Shown here piece by piece: positions 61,500 to 64,000 of a DNA stretch of 64,000 nucleotides (positions are counted from its first letter, which is position 1; every line of letters starts with the position of its first letter). The notes under the pieces were generated by a model. The model saw nothing but the letters and a program-made list of their open reading frames with translations. It had not been told where the DNA came from and made no database searches. A program made the translations under genes and the position numbers. This stretch comes from Chara braunii. Taxonomy: Eukaryota > Plantae > Charophyceae. The DNA lies in the NCBI GenBank assembly GCA_003427395.1, contig BFEA01000027.1, forward strand, positions 1,497,885 through 1,561,884, written 5' to 3'.

Positions 61500-64000
61500 T
61501 CCCATAGTGCTTTATGCTGTGGAAGGGAGTGTTAGACGGTCACACGGTGCATCATGGCTCCGACCCTCTCTTGCGCACGGCAAAGAGATAGTCCACCAGG
61601 AAAAAAGTGTCGACCCCACACTAGTAAATGGCCAGTGTGCATTGTTCACAGAGCAACGCGGCTCTCCCCTGGGCATCGCACAACAGCACACACGTCAATT
61701 TATGGCTTATGTACCGTAAGACGTTGGAGCTGGTTCATCATCTTGAATGGCATCTCGGAAATCCAGTGGCTTTCAGTTGCATGGGCTTCTTTGTACAGCT
61801 GCTGGGCTTGTACTGCTGCTCCTCGATGGCTTAGAATGTGGTGCCTTTCTCTGCCTCTTTCAGTTCCGGAGCACTGCTTGCCTGCTTTTGTACTTGCGAC
61901 CGAGGGAGATGATGCCAAAGGACAAGGTGTGATATCGGTGGAGGAAGCCGCAGCTGGCTGTTCGATGGGTGATTCAGGCGGTGTCCCCAAGCTCCTTGGG
62001 AAATTTCTTCAGAAATCTGTTTTCAACGGTGAGGTGAGTGGCATGGGCTCTTAGCTGATGATTCCACACGAGTTGAAATTATATCCTCTTTGTGGGGAAG
62101 TTCTGTAACAGGGCTATGTTTTTTCCCGTTGTGGAGTAGAGTACTTTTTGATGACCAGGTGCCGGGTAGATATCATATCATCCTATGTATGTCCAGTGTT
62201 GACATGGTGCGCATGTTCACGTCTTCCTCTGCCAGGTACGTGTGGTCCCGGATCATTCGAAATTCCTTGCACATTTCTGTTGCCTCAAATCCCCTCTCTG
62301 TCTGTCTGATGGACTGAGCAGTGATGCTCACAAAAGGCAGAATGCCATCTCATTCCTAGCTCATATGGTCTCAGGATCCACTCAGCTCAACCCCGGCATG
62401 GAGTCGTCTCTTTTCTATCAGGACTCAGACCCATGTGTGTTATACTGTAGGGGTGTGCGGCCAAATAACACCTTTTGACCTCTGCCTGTCTATCCTTTGC
62501 TTTGTCTATTCCGAGGAGACGACCTCCTTGCAGGTAAGGAGGAATAACACCATGCATTTCCCCCTCTCTTTTGTCTATTACTTGTACCTCTCCTACCTCT
62601 CCTTCTCCTCTCCTACCTCTCCTTCCCTTTATGCTCTCACTTCTCTTGCTGCACCGATACCAGTTCGGTGTTGTGTACGATTCTCTCAGGGAGGTCTCTT
62701 TGGTCAACGCACAAGACGCACGAGTTCAAGCAGGCAGCTTGGTCTGCGTGTAAACCATGTGGAAGTTGTAGACGGTTGAGCGTGACAAGTGAATTGCAGT
62801 GCTGGAGGTGGGCAGTATAGGAGCGGTCGATGTAGGCCCTCGCTACTGCTTTCTTTGTCGGCCTCACTTGCTCGTCGTCAGTGGATTATGCGAGGGGAGT
62901 ATGGATGATGGTTAACACATATGGACCCCTCTGCTGAGCGCGACGAGTGGTGAAAGATGATGAAATGTCATCAGGCACGACATCTCTGCACTGTGTTTGT
63001 TATCGACGCCACGCTAAGTAATGTGGCATGTAGGTAACTCTATCTTACATGGGATTCTGTTGAGTAGTTGTTTAAGTCTCAGACATTTGAGGAGGGATGC
63101 TCCGGAAATGGTCATGATAAGACCGTAGTGGGCAGCCAGAGCGCAAAGACGAGCGAGCGCTTGTGGTGCGGAAAGAGGGAAGGCTGAACTTGCCCGTTGT
63201 TACAGTGCACTGTGCAGAATTCAAGTGGGATATGAAGAGAAAGGTGTGTTAGCAGTAGCGAAATGATTGCTTGCTTGGAAGGAGTGTTTTCGCTTTTCAG
63301 AGCCCACTTCGATTCGGTAGTACACCACAACCAGGCATGCTCTTCTGGTTAGTAGACGGAAATCGACAAAGAGTTTCCCATAAGCAGACACACACTCGCG
63401 TGGAAATTGAGAGTATAATCTGTGTTGCCCACAGTATTGATAGCCCGGGCGCGGCAGGGTGTAGAATGAGGATTGTTGATAAGACGTGAACAACATGGAG
63501 AAATGGATGCAATGGGGCTCTTGCCGCCCTTTCCATCTGGAGGAGGTCAGATGTGGAGTAACTGCTTTGAGGAAGAAGGGCCTGCGAAGCTAGGCGAAAG
63601 GTTGTGCCTTTGGGAAGCGAAGTATGCACAGAGCGATCGATGGTTGGGACGGCCCTTTGCGGAGGGTGGTAAATGAAGGCAGGCGTAGCTGCAAAGCGAA
63701 ACAGTGCTGGGCTTGCATTGGGTAGGATGCGAGTTGTACGGGTGCATTAGGATATGGATGAATGAGAGGGAACTAGACAAACAGTGGGGGACCGCTATTT
63801 CAGTGGTCGGGTGGACTTGCCTTCCTTTCGCTATCCTAGAGGGCATTCCTTTGGGGTTTTACGTACAGCCTAATGGTCGCACAGAGCCTAAGCGTGACAC
63901 AGGATGGATGAGAGCTCTGGCGAAACGGTGTGCCGTATGATATGTTAGCAGCACAGAGGGAGTGGGAGCCGCCCTTCTCTGATCAGCGTTTTTTACCCCT
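61500..64000 (+). mobile_element. Decayed L1-like LINE ORF2 (RT to zinc finger)
   Basis: Colinear remnants: PAFVLATE (~61880), GLLADDST (~62045), SQGGL (~62685), LGERL..W and ET..H..C...W (~63590-63760). Confidence 0.6.

Overview
Eukaryotic, repeat-rich nuclear DNA from a draft scaffold (N gaps; one Nextera mate-pair adapter left in at 13938-13975). It looks green-lineage, and charophyte-like (Chara braunii is my guess, by inference only). From left to right: (1) 1-~14 kb is an A/C strand-biased Penelope-like retroelement region. It holds an intact Naiad/Chlamys-type RT ORF (8936-11056), a decayed N-terminal GIY-YIG, a Q/P/T-rich ORF1, an antisense repeat-protein ORF, several structured-RNA islands and a hammerhead ribozyme. 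(2) 16-25 kb holds nested LTR elements, including a decayed Ty3/Gypsy gag-pol that lacks integrase. (3) 25-42 kb is intergenic DNA dense in MITEs and microsatellites, with a mitochondrial-type tRNA cluster (NUMT) whose tRNA-Arg is split by a U6 snRNA retrocopy. (4) 45874-59541 is an 8-exon + strand host gene for a conserved, uncharacterised plant membrane protein; its introns carry a tRNA-SINE, a hammerhead element, a U6 copy and MITEs. (5) Old L1-like LINE remnants lie at ~43-45.7 kb and ~61.5-64 kb. The most novel-looking items are a dispersed type III hammerhead (retrozyme-like) family, the possibly giant multi-ORF Penelope-like unit, and the recurrent tailless U6 retrocopies.
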